Source: Octopus sinensis
Lineage: Eukaryota
Direction of reading: 5' to 3'
Assembly: GCF_006345805.1 (NCBI RefSeq)
Contig: NC_043006.1
Location: 34,162,001 to 34,226,000 of the forward strand
Length of the DNA: 64,000 bases
Part shown: positions 40,425 to 52,919 of the stretch, piece by piece
Layout of the letters: the number at the start of each line of letters is the position of its first letter
Numbering within the stretch: the first letter of the stretch is position 1
The notes under the pieces: model-generated
Databases searched by the model: none
The model's input: only the letters and a program-made list of their open reading frames with translations
Told to the model about the DNA's origin: nothing
Program-made: the position numbers and the translations under genes

Positions 40425-40670
40425 ATCATCATCATTTAGCATCCGCTTTCCATGCTAGCATGGGTTTGACGGTTCAACTGGGGTCTGGGAAGCCAGAAGG
40501 CTGCACCAGGCCCAGTCTGATCTGGCAATGTTTCTACGGCTGGATGCCCTTCCTAACGCCAACCACTCCGTGAGTGTAGTGGGTGCTTTTAACATGCCAC
40601 CGGCACAGGTGCCAGACGAGGTTGGCAAACGGCCACGATCAGATGGTGCTTTTACGTGCCACCGGCACGG
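40425..40670 (-). mobile_element. Family C retroposon
   Basis: Well-preserved tail catcatcatttagcatccgctttccatgctagc... Confidence 0.8.
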
Positions 40671-40767
40671 TCGTGATATATATATATATATATATATATG
40701 TATATTCTTTTATTTTTTCAGCCTAAATGCTGTGACCATGTTGGGGTACTACCAGTACATGTATATA

Positions 40768-41466
40768 TGTGCTGCATCTGTAATAGTGGATGAAACCATC
40801 ACCCACATCATGAACAAATGCCCTAGACTTGTCCAAAACCACTACAAGTTGTGGCAACATGATCTATTAGTGAAAGTGCTTCATTGGAAACTGTGTGAAA
40901 AGTGGGGGCTAGAGAGAGACAACATGGTATGAGCACAAACTGCAGAGAGTGGCGCAGTGTCAGAGACTAGCAAAATCCTCGGGGATTTCCCAATCCAAAC
41001 AGATCAGGTGATAGAACATAACAGACTGGACCTAGTGGTGGTCAACAAGATGTACCACATATGCTATATAGTTGATGTTACATGCCACTTTGACTTATGA
41101 ATAGTCAAGAAGGAAGGTGAGAAAATAGATAAATACAACCTTCTTAAGTACAAAATAGCCCAGCTATGGAAAATGAAGAAGGTGAAGATAGTGCCAATTA
41201 TTGTTGGGTCTTTGGGAACAGTATCAGAAGGCATCAAGAGGAGTATAAAGGAAATTGGAATAGTGTGTCCAGTAGAACTGTTTACAAAAGTGTTGCCTCC
41301 TTGGAATGGCCAGAATAACCAGGAAAGTATTAGATAGCAGAAAAGAACAGATAGCATGGTACTGTAGACTGCAGGTAGCAAGCCTGCTATTCATGCAAGA
41401 CACCGAGGGTTCCAACAAAACCTGTGATAGAAAGAAATAATAATGATAATAATAATAATAATAATC
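40768..41466 (+). mobile_element. R4/Dong-type non-LTR retrotransposon 3' end (zinc knuckle plus restriction-like endonuclease), (TAA)n tail
   Basis: DETITHIMNKC...HDLLVKVLHWKLC, DFPIQTDQVIEHNRLDLVVV, EKIDKY...LWKMKKVKIVPIIVGSLGTV, with frameshifts and stops. Confidence 0.85.
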
Positions 41467-41839
41467 CTTTCTACTATAGGTACAAATCCGGAAATTGCCT
41501 GAGTGGTAAGTCGATTAGATTGACCACCAGTACGCAACTGGTACTTAATTTATCAACTCTTAATTTATCGCGGCAAAGTCAACCTCGGCTGAATTTGAAC
41601 TCAGAATGTAGCAGTAGATGAAATGAAGATGAATACACATTAAGTGTTTGATATATGCTACAAATGTTTTTGTAGCAAGGTAATTTATTTGCAGTTGATG
41701 TATTACACAGGTTAAAACCACCAGCCATCAAGCATTCAGAATGATCAATAGGAAAATATTAACTGTCCAGAGATTTGATCCCTACAAAACCTTTGGAGGA
41801 GTACACTTTAATCATAATTATAGGAGGGATTGAAAAAGA

Positions 41840-43020
41840 ACTCCGCCATCAAAGATGTAATACCAACCATTAATAAGATGAATTTGAACTTAGCAACAGG
41901 TTCTGATGGTTTTGCTGTAATTCTTTTAGAGACATGCAAGAAAACTTGTAATTAAACAAGTGACGATATTTTGCAGCCCTTTTTTCAAATGTGACTAACT
42001 TCTCAAAATGTTACAAGAAGGTATATTATGCCATATCTGCGAAGGAGAAAGCAGAAGAATGTGATCAGCTTTCTATTGCTCAATCATTGATGGACAGCAT
42101 GGCTTCTGTCCTGGAAGGAGCCGCCTCACGCACCTACTTCAGCATTACAACTGGGTACTGAAACAGCAACACTATCATTTAAATGTCGATATGATGTATT
42201 TTAACTTAGAGAAGGCCTTCAGTAAAGTTGACCATGGAATGATATGATATATCACAAACTGCATGCCGTCAGCTTGTCTGGAAATCTAGCAGGAGTCAGG
42301 TAGTTTGATTGTAGCCAATGGTCTTCTCTCCTGGAAACATCAGTTATTGTGGGAATCCTCAGAGAACAATGTTGGGGTTACTACTGTTCATGGTGGCTCA
42401 CTCAAACATCTCCCTATTCATACATATTTCTTTATTACCCACAAGGGGCTAAACACAGAAAGGACAAACAAGGACAGACATAGGTATTAAGTCGATTATA
42501 TCGAACCCAGTGTGTAACTGGTACTTAATTAATCGACCCCGAAAGGATGAAAGGCAAAGTCGACCTCGGCGGAATTTGAACTCACAACGTAATGGCAGAT
42601 GAAATACCACTAAGCATTTCACCCGGTGTGCTAACGTTTCTGCCAGCTCACCGCCATCTCCTTATTCATACAGTCAGCAATAACTCTTACAAGCTGCACT
42701 GACTATGGAAAAGCATCAGTGGTAGTTAAGAATTCTGATGATAATGCAAAACTACAAAAAGACCTGATCACAATATACAAGTGGGCTGAAGGAAACCACA
42801 TGCAGTTCAATGGTGAGAAATCTCTGGCACTCCACAGTTAACCCACAGATTGCAATTGGAATACATAAAGCTAGGAAGTACTGAAAGTCTCCAGTCACAG
42901 TCAAGTGTGTGATTTCAGAATTCATGTGAATAACGATGCATCATTCTGTGTTCATATTGCTAAGATGGCAACAATTTGCAAATGATTGACTAGTTGGATT
43001 CTGAGATGATTCAGAACATG
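41840..43020 (+). mobile_element. CR1-clade LINE RT relic interrupted by a family A SINE (42445-42657)
   Basis: ATGSDGFAVILLETCK; SRLTHLLQHYNWVLKQ...NVDMMYFNLEKAFSKVDHG; LQKDLITIYKWAEGNHMQFN. Confidence 0.8.
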
Positions 43021-43646
43021 AAGACAAAAATAAGAAATAAAGAGAAAAGACATCAGCTACAGTTTCCAATCATAAACCTAGCATGGTATTTTTTTCGCTC
43101 ATGACATCTTATTTACAGAGCCTACTTTTAACCCAATATTTTGTAATAACTACAGCATTGTCTTTTCAGGCTGTAAATATCGGAAAATATTTTGTGCGAA
43201 GAATAAAATTCTGTTAATTGTTTATAAGTGTTGTGCATTCATTAGACGTGTAACTTTTAAAACCTACAGAAATATAACGATATATTTTAACTTGTGAGTG
43301 TACAAAACTAAATGTATGTTAAACTAAAGGTTTAACAAACCATTTTGACATCATCAAAACTTGACTGGTTTAGAGTTTTTTAATACTTTTATTATATTTA
43401 TATTATTTTGTTGTTATATTTCGGGACAGTCGGTTTTTTTTTTTGCCAAATAAACGCATGCTCAATATATTCGTTCTTCATTCGTTTATTTTATCTTACG
43501 TCCATTGTTAATTGGCAAAAAAAAAAAGAAAGAAAAAGAATGACCGTCCCAAAATATAACAATATTTATTTAAACACACGGTTTCACAACAGGAATCTTG
43601 CAACACAAATCCATAAATGTATATTATTTAATTTTTTTTATTGTTT

Positions 43647-43889
43647 TCAGTAGTGAATCTGCCACATCTTGTTGCTCTCCAAGTATTTGAACTCCTTCAC
43701 CGGTTCTAGACCTTCCATCAACCTTACCAACCCCTCTACCTTCGTTTCCTCAACCTCCATCTTGTCTCTCTTCTTCTGCTTCTCTTTCCTCTTCAGCATT
43801 TCTACCACCAGCTCTTTCTCTTCCTTCAGCTCCTGCATTACTCGCTCAGGTTCCTTCTACATTTCGCCTTTGTCACACTCTCCTTCCTT
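43647..43889 (-). other. In-frame continuation of the 44423 ORF beyond TAG 43890-43892, with a second TAG at 43857-43859
   Basis: KEGECDKGEM*KEPERVMQELKEEKELVVEMLKRKEKQKKRDKMEVEETKVEGLVRLMEGLEPVKEFKYLESNKMWQIHY* is in the same frame. Confidence 0.55.
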
Positions 43890-44025
43890 CTATTCATTCT
43901 TTGCCTTCATTTTATTTCCAATTGTTCTATTCCTATCGTCAAATACCGACCTATTCCACGTCTTGCTTCTGATCCTCCTCCTCCTCCACCTGTTTTCCAT
44001 TTCTATCACCACCTCCTCTACTTCT

Positions 44026-44057
<32 letters not shown>

Positions 44058-44423
44058 TTTCACTCTAACCTCCGTCACCCCATTGCTTGAACACTCCAGT
44101 TCGTCTTCCGGATCGCCGTCAGGAATCTCCCAGATAGTCTCCAATAAGGAGGCGAACCTCACAGCTTTACCCCTTATAAATCTGCACTTCCGACACATAC
44201 ATATGTCTAACAAGTCAGTTTTCCGAGACATAATACTACTTGCAAATATGGAGCCTCTGGCTTCGTTAGCTTTTCTTTCAGAACAACATATAAATCTGCA
44301 AAAACTGCGGAACATATGCTTTTTCTGATTGGGTTTCTCTCTTGAAGACGACTCTTCCGGCAACGACTGTATTCGCGATAACGGATACAGTTCGTTCGGT
44401 GGCGAGGGCGGCGGACACGTCAT
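43890..44423 (-). CDS. Uncharacterised 177-aa acidic protein (MTCPPPSPPNEL...KAKNE) with RVxF-like motif, poly-Glu tract and basic cluster
   Basis: Non-repeat ORF with an ATG in A-rich context (agaaATGA) at 44423, mixed amino-acid composition and a CpG-rich setting. The upstream part of the called 229-aa ORF is low-complexity and probably UTR/intron; an acceptor-like ttttcgttag lies at ~44486. Confidence 0.6.
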
Positions 44424-47400
44424 TTCTTTCTTTTTTTTGTTTTTGTTTTTTTTTTTTAAATTAAATGCGCGAATATAAAAATCTAACGAAAATAAACAAA
44501 CGAAAATAAACAAACACAATAGAAAGATGAAGGAAGAAGAAAAGAAAAGAAAGAAGCAATGGCGAAGTGACGTTGTCAATAAACTAAAATTCAGGGAAAA
44601 ATAGAGAAATTCGTGTTAAAACCAATTGGTAAATAAGTAATCAATCAAATACATAATTATACAAAGATAGGCTCATTAAGTTAAAATAATCAAAGATTAT
44701 TATTTAGATCAAAGAAGTAGATCAATAATTCACATAAATATCAACCTGAGATCGATTTGCAGCAATTCCGACGACAACAGAATTGAAGTGAGCAAAATCT
44801 TCAGATTGTATTCATAGAATTGTTACGTCATAATCATTCATTTTTTATTTATATTATTTATATAAAGGTTTTCATGAAAAATGTTTCGTTTTTACACATT
44901 TCTGGGAATCGTTAATATTTTTTTTACGAATAAGAACAGCCATTTCATTATATAACTCGCAAACTATTTTAAAAAATAAATCAGCTTTCTTAAAGGATTA
45001 ATTACCAAAACATTACTATAAATGTCCGTTTTCTTAAATATTTACAGTAAGGTTCACACACACACACACTTTCCCATTCAGTCGTGTCCGACGATTGTTA
45101 ATTGACCTCTCCACACTTGAAAGGTTTTTTTCAGTCTAAAACTGTTCGGCAACATAAGTTGGATGCTAGGTGATTAAATTCAATTGCTACCTTAATGTGT
45201 GTGTGTGTAATAGTGTTGTGTAGTACAAAATGGTTGGCCAGATAAGTATAAAGGGCTCTCTCCCCCCATCTACCTTCTAGGCCTCCTATTTCTAGCTGTT
45301 CGTTACCATTGTCTAACTCTTGTAGTGTATTCAGAAGCAAGCATTAGTCTTTCCTGCCAGTATCCGACAGTACCAAGATTTTTGCTAGGCTTCCCCTTAG
45401 TAATGGTTATCTTGTGGCCCCAGGCAAGAAATCTCGGAGCAACATTGCACGCCAAACATAGAATGCATTGGCGTATATGCTATGGCTATTATGCTCTGCG
45501 CTTCTGACGTGTTGGTGGGAAGAAAGAGACGGTGGAAGGAGAGGATACACGGGGACAGAGAATAAGATATTGCGATTAGCTTTGGAGCAAATTCCAACAG
45601 ACTTAATTTCTGACAACCCCCTATTGCTTGAGGTTGGTACCTGTTGACTTATCACTGCCCGTCCCCATCATAATGAAGATTGTTGAAGAACACGAAAACA
45701 ACACAATAGCACTTCAGTGTGTAGTTACCATTTAAGAATCTATCTGAACACACACACACACATACATGAAGTGGCTGTGTGGTAAGTAGCTTGTTTATCA
45801 ACTACGTGGTTCCGGGTTCAGTCCCACTGCGTGGCACCTTGAGCAACACCCTAACCACTAAGCCACGCGCCTTCACATTTTATAATACAATCCTGTATAA
45901 TCTACAGGGATGGCTCTAGATAATCTACATCCAAAGGAGGACTTCAGTGAAACCCTTACAAACCTAGTTACGCTACCCGGTAAATGACAAGCATATTTAT
46001 GATTATACATGTAGAAATAATTCTCGTTGGTTTGAGTAAAAGATGTGTATGCAGATCCATGTTTAAGTGTGGATGCGATCGGATTGGATGCAGAATCGAA
46101 GAAGTCGGCTACCCCACCAGATCCGCCTCGAAATATAACCCAACTAGTCCCGCTTCAAACCTAAGAATTTCTTGGCCCATCGATCTCTGAACTCGACTAG
46201 ATTTTGTTTTGTTGGAAGAATGAATATCAAATCCAGTCTCATCAAGAATAATGCATCTAGTACGATGCTCTACCATTTCAACCACCGCAACCTATTCGTT
46301 CTTAATTCAATAACATTGATTTCTGTTTTTCAATTAGTTCAACGAAGTTTTAATGGACATATATACTCGATTTTCATATCGATACATATTTATCCTTTCT
46401 TCTGTACCCGTGTCAGCCGTTAGACTGCGGCCATGCTGGGACACCACCTTGAAAAATTTCTAATCGAATGAATCGACCCCAGTACTTATTCTATCAGTTT
46501 CTTTGCCGAACCGCTAAGTTACGGGCCATAAACACACTAACATCGGTTGTCAAGTGGTGGCGGGGGACAAACACAGATGCAAAAATACACACACACACAT
46601 ACATGCATACATACATACATACATATACACACACGATGGGCTTCTTTCAGTTTCTGTCTACCAAATCCACTCAAGGCTTTCGTTGGTCCGAGGGTATACT
46701 AGAAGACACATGGAACAAATAGATTTGATTAAATTCGAATGACCTTCAAGAAATTTTGTTTTTTCGGCTGTGTTTGATTCAAACTGCTCATTCACCTCAT
46801 GTTTTAGGATTGGATGCAAAAATAAAAGTCAATAATTCATTCCTGGATTCACAGAACATTTCGTGTAGCATTTGAGCTGTAAAGCATTTTCCTTTTGTCC
46901 TTGTAGATTGGAAGTGAGTTTGGAATTCAAACCATTTTCGTAAAATTCTGCTAATAACTGGTTCTATTGTGGATCCTATCGTTATACTGGCATTGTCGGT
47001 TCCTATAACCAGTGAATTTTTTATGAGGGGATCTCAGGTGACAACGCGAGTTATTTCTCCCGTTCCCTGCATTCGGTCAAAGCGGAAAGGGTAACGATAA
47101 AGTACTCGATAATCTTTTATTTGGATTATCATGAAAGCGAAAGAAAAAATTCAACAATAAATTAAGGCGTAACGTACTTGGGGGAAAAATGGAGAAGAAA
47201 AAGGGTAACTATTGTGAAAATGTCACGATCTGAGAAAAATGCTAAATAAATTTTTCAAACTGTTATTTTCCCTGCTAAATGCTAGATTCGAGATTTTCCT
47301 GCAAAATGCTTAGAAAAAAAATCTTAGATTTAGCATTAAAAATAGTAAATTAGCAACACTCCTGAACATCTTTTAAAACAGGCGGAGCCCATCACTCTTA

Positions 47401-48260
47401 CAGAGTTTCTTTTACCTCTTCTGAATGAGAGAGAGTGTTTGTGTGTGTGAAGGGCAGATGGGGAAGAGAACGAAAGGTAGAGAGATATATGCATACACGC
47501 ATGTATGTGCGTGTACAAACGTTTGTTTTAATCAATAGCGACCCTATACCAAGTGGACATAACTCTGATAGCTGACTGCGCAAATTTAACTTCAAGGGAG
47601 GTAAGTCTCATCTTACTAGCGATAACGAATACCTTTACGCGGTTAATCGGGCTGTTAGAAATAGCAGCCAAATAATAACCAACTACCTTTAAAAAAATTT
47701 GATTTTAATATGGCCACTTCTCTGAGAACTGAGGTGTTTAGAAAGTAGGCTTCGTTCGTACACACACTGAAACAATCTGTAGATAACTTCTTAAGCCCCA
47801 CATCTGGAATGTACTTGTGTGTGTGAATGAATGGATCTCTGCCAGTTCTGGTAACGAGTGTTCGGGTGTTCCATTACCAGGGTTTCCTGCTCATTGATTT
47901 TACTTGGAGCTAACAGACAAATCATCGACTCTTAACATAATCCCAAGGCGCAATTAGTGTAACAACTGTGCACCACTAAATTACCGGTACAAGCACTCCA
48001 ACGGGTTTCCACACAGTTTCCATCGGTCCATTTTCAAGTACAAGGCTTGGGGCAACCTAAAGGTAGAGTAAAAGATATTTACCTGAAGTGCTTTGTGGTG
48101 GAATTGAACTAATGATATTCAGATTGCAAAGAAAACTTCTTAACCAGTCAGCCATGCTTGTCCATTACATCGATATGTACACAGATATGCAGCACACACA
48201 CACATTTATACATGTACATACATACGTACATATATATGTACGCATATAATGGAATAATAA

Positions 48261-48617
48261 TGGAAGCACTCCGTCGGTTATGACGATGAGGGTTCCGGTT
48301 GATCCGGATCAACGGAACAGCCTGCTCGTGAAATTAACGTGTAAGTGGCTGAGCATTCCACAGACACATGTACCCTTAGCGTGACACAGAGAGTGACAAG
48401 GCCAGCCCTTTGAAATACAGGTACAACAGAAACAGGAAGTAAGAGAAAGTTGTGGTGAAAGAGTACAGCAGGGATCACCACCATCCCCTGCCGGAGCCTC
48501 GTGGAGCTTTAGGTGTTTTCGCTCAATAAACACTCACAACGCCCGGTCTGGGAATCGAAACCACGATCCTATGACCGCGAGTCCGCTGCCCTAACCACTG
48601 GGTCATTGCGCCTCCAC
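48261..48617 (-). mobile_element. tRNA-headed SINE, family E, young copy
   Basis: gtggaggcgcaatgacccagtggttagggcagcggactcgcggtc...ggtttcgattccc, with many CpGs retained. Confidence 0.85.
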
Positions 48618-48931
48618 ATACATACATACATATATACGTGCGTATATACGTACACATACATGCATACGTACACACATGCATACCTACATATATAGATACG
48701 TACGCAAGTACGTACATATACATAAATACGTACGCACATACATACGTATGTACGTACGTATATGCATGCATACATGCATACGTACGTATGTACACGCATT
48801 CGTGCGTACGTACATACACACACATACTTACATACGTATGTGTATGCATACATACATACAGACATATGTACATGCATGGATGTATACATACGTATGTGCA
48901 CATATATACGTAAGTGCGTACACACATACAT

Positions 48932-48967
<36 letters not shown>

Positions 48968-49021
48968 TCACAGACTTTCGACTCAGCATGTGTGACTGTC
49001 ACTGACGGATTCTCTTGTCAG

Positions 49022-49140
49022 AAATGTTAAAGATGTCAGCAACACCATTTAATGCTGAAGTCAATAACAACTTGCGCAGATTCTTGCCAAGGATTCCAAG
49101 AGAAAGCAAAAACAAAATCTCCAGCTTTATAATGAGGCAG
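49022..49140 (+). CDS. Candidate coding exon MLKMSATPFNAEVNNNLRRFLPRIPRESKNKISSFIMRQ
   Basis: Acceptor ttctcttgtcag, open frame from ATG 49024, weak donor CAG|gtgtta (phase 0). Confidence 0.2.
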
Positions 49141-50654
49141 GTGTTATTCCAGAATTGCCTTGTCTGAGAAAGATGTCTAAGTAAAAGCTAAGAGCCTCTT
49201 ACTTTCAGCTGTTGGATGGTCGTTGACTCTACCGAGTTTATTCATCCTTCGATGGATTTTGTTTGTCATCCTGCAGGCTGTCCGACGAAAGCCTCCTTCC
49301 TTACCGGACAGGCTTAGTAAGGTTGGTAGTTTAGTTGTAGAAGGCTTGACCATGCCACAAGTCGTACTGGGCTACATGTTACCAGTAGCACAAAGACTGA
49401 CCTGACACAGGTCACATACATGTGTAACACGTGTAATTCAGTTCATATACACAAACACATGTAAACATATTTGTAAATAGGTACAGACAATTACACGCAC
49501 ACACACACAGGCATACGCACACATACATCTTTTAAAAAAATGCGTTGAAGGTTATGAAAACAAAAACTGGAGAAATTATCGCTGTCTATGTGCCTTTCAG
49601 TGCATGCGTTTGTGTGTATGTGTAGGTATATATTTACAGGTGTCTGTGTGTGTTTTTGGTGATTAAAAGAATGTGTATATGTCAGCAAGTGACTTCGTAT
49701 GTGCGTCTGTGTGTGCGTGTGTGTAAGCTTATTTTTTTCTCAACTGGAAGAGGGCCAAATGTCTACATGCTTTACTAACGCTCTCTTGTTATGGTTTATA
49801 TTTGAATGATTAGTAGTAATAGTAGTAGTAGGAGTAGTAGTGGTAGTAGTAATAGTGGTTGTAGTAGTAGCAGTAGTAGCTGTTGTGCATTGTCATCTGG
49901 TCCATTCCACACATTGTTCAATCTATGATTTAACCACACAACAAACAAAAGTGGTTAAAGAAGGTGGCAGACACAGCTTCCTTGCAATGACAACTTCATG
50001 TGTTGGTTCCACCAAACTTCTTCATACCCAAAATTAAGAACATTCAAAATCAAGGATGAATTTGGAATCGAAAAGCAAACGTCATGTCTTAAAAACTGGA
50101 GGAGAAACACATACACACACACACACACACACACATACGTGCATAACCGTAGAAATATATGCCTATCTGTCCGTATGTACGCACATATAAACAGATAATA
50201 AGTGTTGTACACAAATATAAGTGTATGTTTATGCGGTAGTATCTATACTTACATATGTGTCCATGCATTTCTGTGCATGCACGTGTGTGTGTATGTAATT
50301 ATTTATGTATATTTGTGAACATCTGTTTGAACACACGTATTTGCATGTGTGCATTCATGTTTGTATGTGGCAATGTGGAGGAATCTCTGCCAGTAATATA
50401 TATGTATTTATATGTATTTATGTAAACGTACATATATCTGTATATGTGAAATACTTGTATATTAAAGCTCAACTGCTTTTGTGTATAAAAACAAAAAACA
50501 TGTGTATCCCCCATTAAGATGAGTTTAAAATCTGTGGCTACACAAATATAAACACGTATCCATCAGCTACCGATGAAAGGTTTATTTTAGTATCAAATAT
50601 TTAGGCTTGTGTTTTTACCTACGATGTTTGTGCTTAAAAAAGCAATATTCTTAC

Positions 50655-52620
50655 ATCATCATCATCATTTAACGTCCGTTTTTCCATGCTTGCATTGGTT
50701 GGATGGTTTGACAGGAGCTGGGTAGCTGCCCAGGCACCGTGTTTGTTCTGGCATGGTTTCTACAGCTTGATGCTCTCCCAAACACCAACCACTTTACAGA
50801 GAGTATTGGATGCTCTCACGCAGCACCGGCACAGGTGTGTTTACGTGGCACTGGTACAGATGATTTTTACGTGGCAACAACACCCACAAGCCTGCAAGAT
50901 TAGAAACGCTCAGCTAGAGAGGGACATGGACAATCATGCTTTCACTTAGCTTAGCATGTCTTCTCAAGCACAGTAAACCTTCCATAGTTTCGGCCCTCTG
51001 CCATCCCCTCTGTGAGACCCAATGTCTGAAGGTCCTTTCTCACCACTTCTTCCTACGTCTTCCCCTTCCACATGTTCCCTCCACAATTAGAGATCAGCAC
51101 ATCTTTATGCAATTGTTTTCATTCATATACACTACATGACCATACCAGTGCAATCCTCTCTCTTGCACATTACATCCGATGGCTTATATTCCCAGTTTTT
51201 CTCTCAAATCACCTACACTTTGTCGTACATACACACTGACATTATCCATTCAGCAGGGCATGCTGGCTTCATTCCTTTCAAGGTGTTGCATTTCCACAGT
51301 AATCACAGCCTATGTTTTACTGCCATGTAGCATAGCTGTTTGTACACACAACAGCCCATTCTGCCCAGCCCATTCTTATTCAAACAGCTCTGCATTCAGA
51401 ACAGCCTTCACCATTGCTAGCTTGGTCACTAAGTAACAGAAACTGTCTACTACTTCTAAGGATCCCACTGGACATTTGAGGGAGTCTATTTTCTGGTGTT
51501 TAATATACCTGCACATCAGCCACATGTAAGGACTACTTTCTCTGTTAACCTTCCTGTTATACCACTGCACCTCTTCTGTGTCCATAGCTTGTACTGGATT
51601 ACAACTTATGAAATTATACCAATACCTTTTCAACATATTGAGCAGGGCCATCTCCCTGAAGGAATCTGTGATTTGTCTGTTTTTCTACTTATTAGGGTTT
51701 TGGCCTTTGCTAAATTAACTCCAAGGTCCTTTGGTTCCAGTCCTTGCTTCTATACCTGAAATTTCTTCTCTAGTTCTGGTAATGATTCAGCAATAAGAAT
51801 AAGGTCATCAGAGTAGAGAAGCTCCCAAGAGAGCTTAAATTCTTATTATAGCCTGGAGGACTATGATAAACAAAATGGGGCTGAGAACCAATCCCTGGTG
51901 GGTTGCTTCTTGTACACTAAATTCCTTGTTACACTCATTGGCCACTTTCACTTTACTGACAGTATTCCTGTAACTGATTTTTACAGCTCTCATCACCCAC
52001 TCGTCTATCCCTAGCTTCCACATTACCCACCAGATAAGGGAGCAAGGGACCCTGTCAAATGATTTCTCCATGTCAACAAAAACCAAGTACAGAAGTTTAT
52101 TTTTGGCCAAGTACTTCCCCTGCAATTGTCTCACCAGGAAGACAGCATTAGAGGTGCTTCTTTCAGGCACAAAAGCAAACTGCATCTCATAAAGGCTACT
52201 TTTCTTCCTAATTATAATTGAACTATGATCTTTTCTGTAACTTTCATCACCTGATCCAGTAATTTGATGCCTCTGTAATTATTTCTGTCTAAAGCATTGC
52301 CTTCATCTTTGTAACAGTTGACTATAATGCTGCTACACCTGTGGTTGGACATGACTTCCTCGTGGACAACCTGATTAACTCTATGGGTGACTAGGTCATA
52401 TTCCATTCTGCCAGATATTTTAAGTATCTCAGCAGTGATTCCTGAAGGGCCAGGGGCTCTCCTTGTCTTCATATCCTTAATTGCTTCATGTACTAAGTTA
52501 CTGCCAATTCAGATAGCGAATCCCTCTGTTGGGTTCATGTTGGGCCCACTCTCCTCCCAAGCATTCTCTGCATTTAGCAACCTTCCATAGTGACACTTCC
52601 ATGCCCTACTCTGCAGAACC
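50655..52620 (-). mobile_element. RTE-clade LINE, ~2 kb 5'-truncated, pseudogenised RT
   Basis: KTRRAPGPSGITAEILK, NYRGIKLLDQVMKV, QFAFVPERSTSNAVF, FVDMEKSFDRVP, HQGLVLSPILF, WELLYSDDL. 3' tail and (GAT)n at ~50655. Confidence 0.92.
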
Positions 52621-52875
52621 ATTACAGAAACTGAAAGAAACCTGTTGAGTGTGTGTGTATATATATATATATTACATGTTTCAGGTTTTTTTACTGTGGC
52701 CATGCTGGAGCACTACCTTAAAGGGCTTTTAGTCAAAGAAATCAGCCTCAGGACTTATTCTTTGTATGCCTAGTATTTATTTTATTGGGGTCTTTTGCTA
52801 AACTGCTAGGTTATGAGAACATAAACACATCAACATCGGTTGTCAAGCAATGATCGGGGGACAAATACACACACA

Positions 52876-52919
<44 letters not shown>

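Larger units (their letters stand above)
43000..47700. promoter_or_regulatory. CpG-retaining, repeat-poor island (probable promoter region)
   Basis: CG dinucleotides are visibly more frequent than in the flanks, where repeats show CG>TG/CA decay; contains the 5' end of the 44423 gene. Boundaries judged by eye. Confidence 0.4.

Noticed and set aside
43669-44328. 219-aa plus-strand Ser-rich ORF
   Set aside because: Antisense mirror of the purine-rich minus-strand gene; no independent coding signal.
49200-49410. Possible HDV-like ribozyme in an RTE-5'-UTR-like segment (minus)
   Set aside because: Only a TACTGG/CCAGTA hairpin is evident; the nested P1/P2/P3/P1.1 pseudoknot could not be built.
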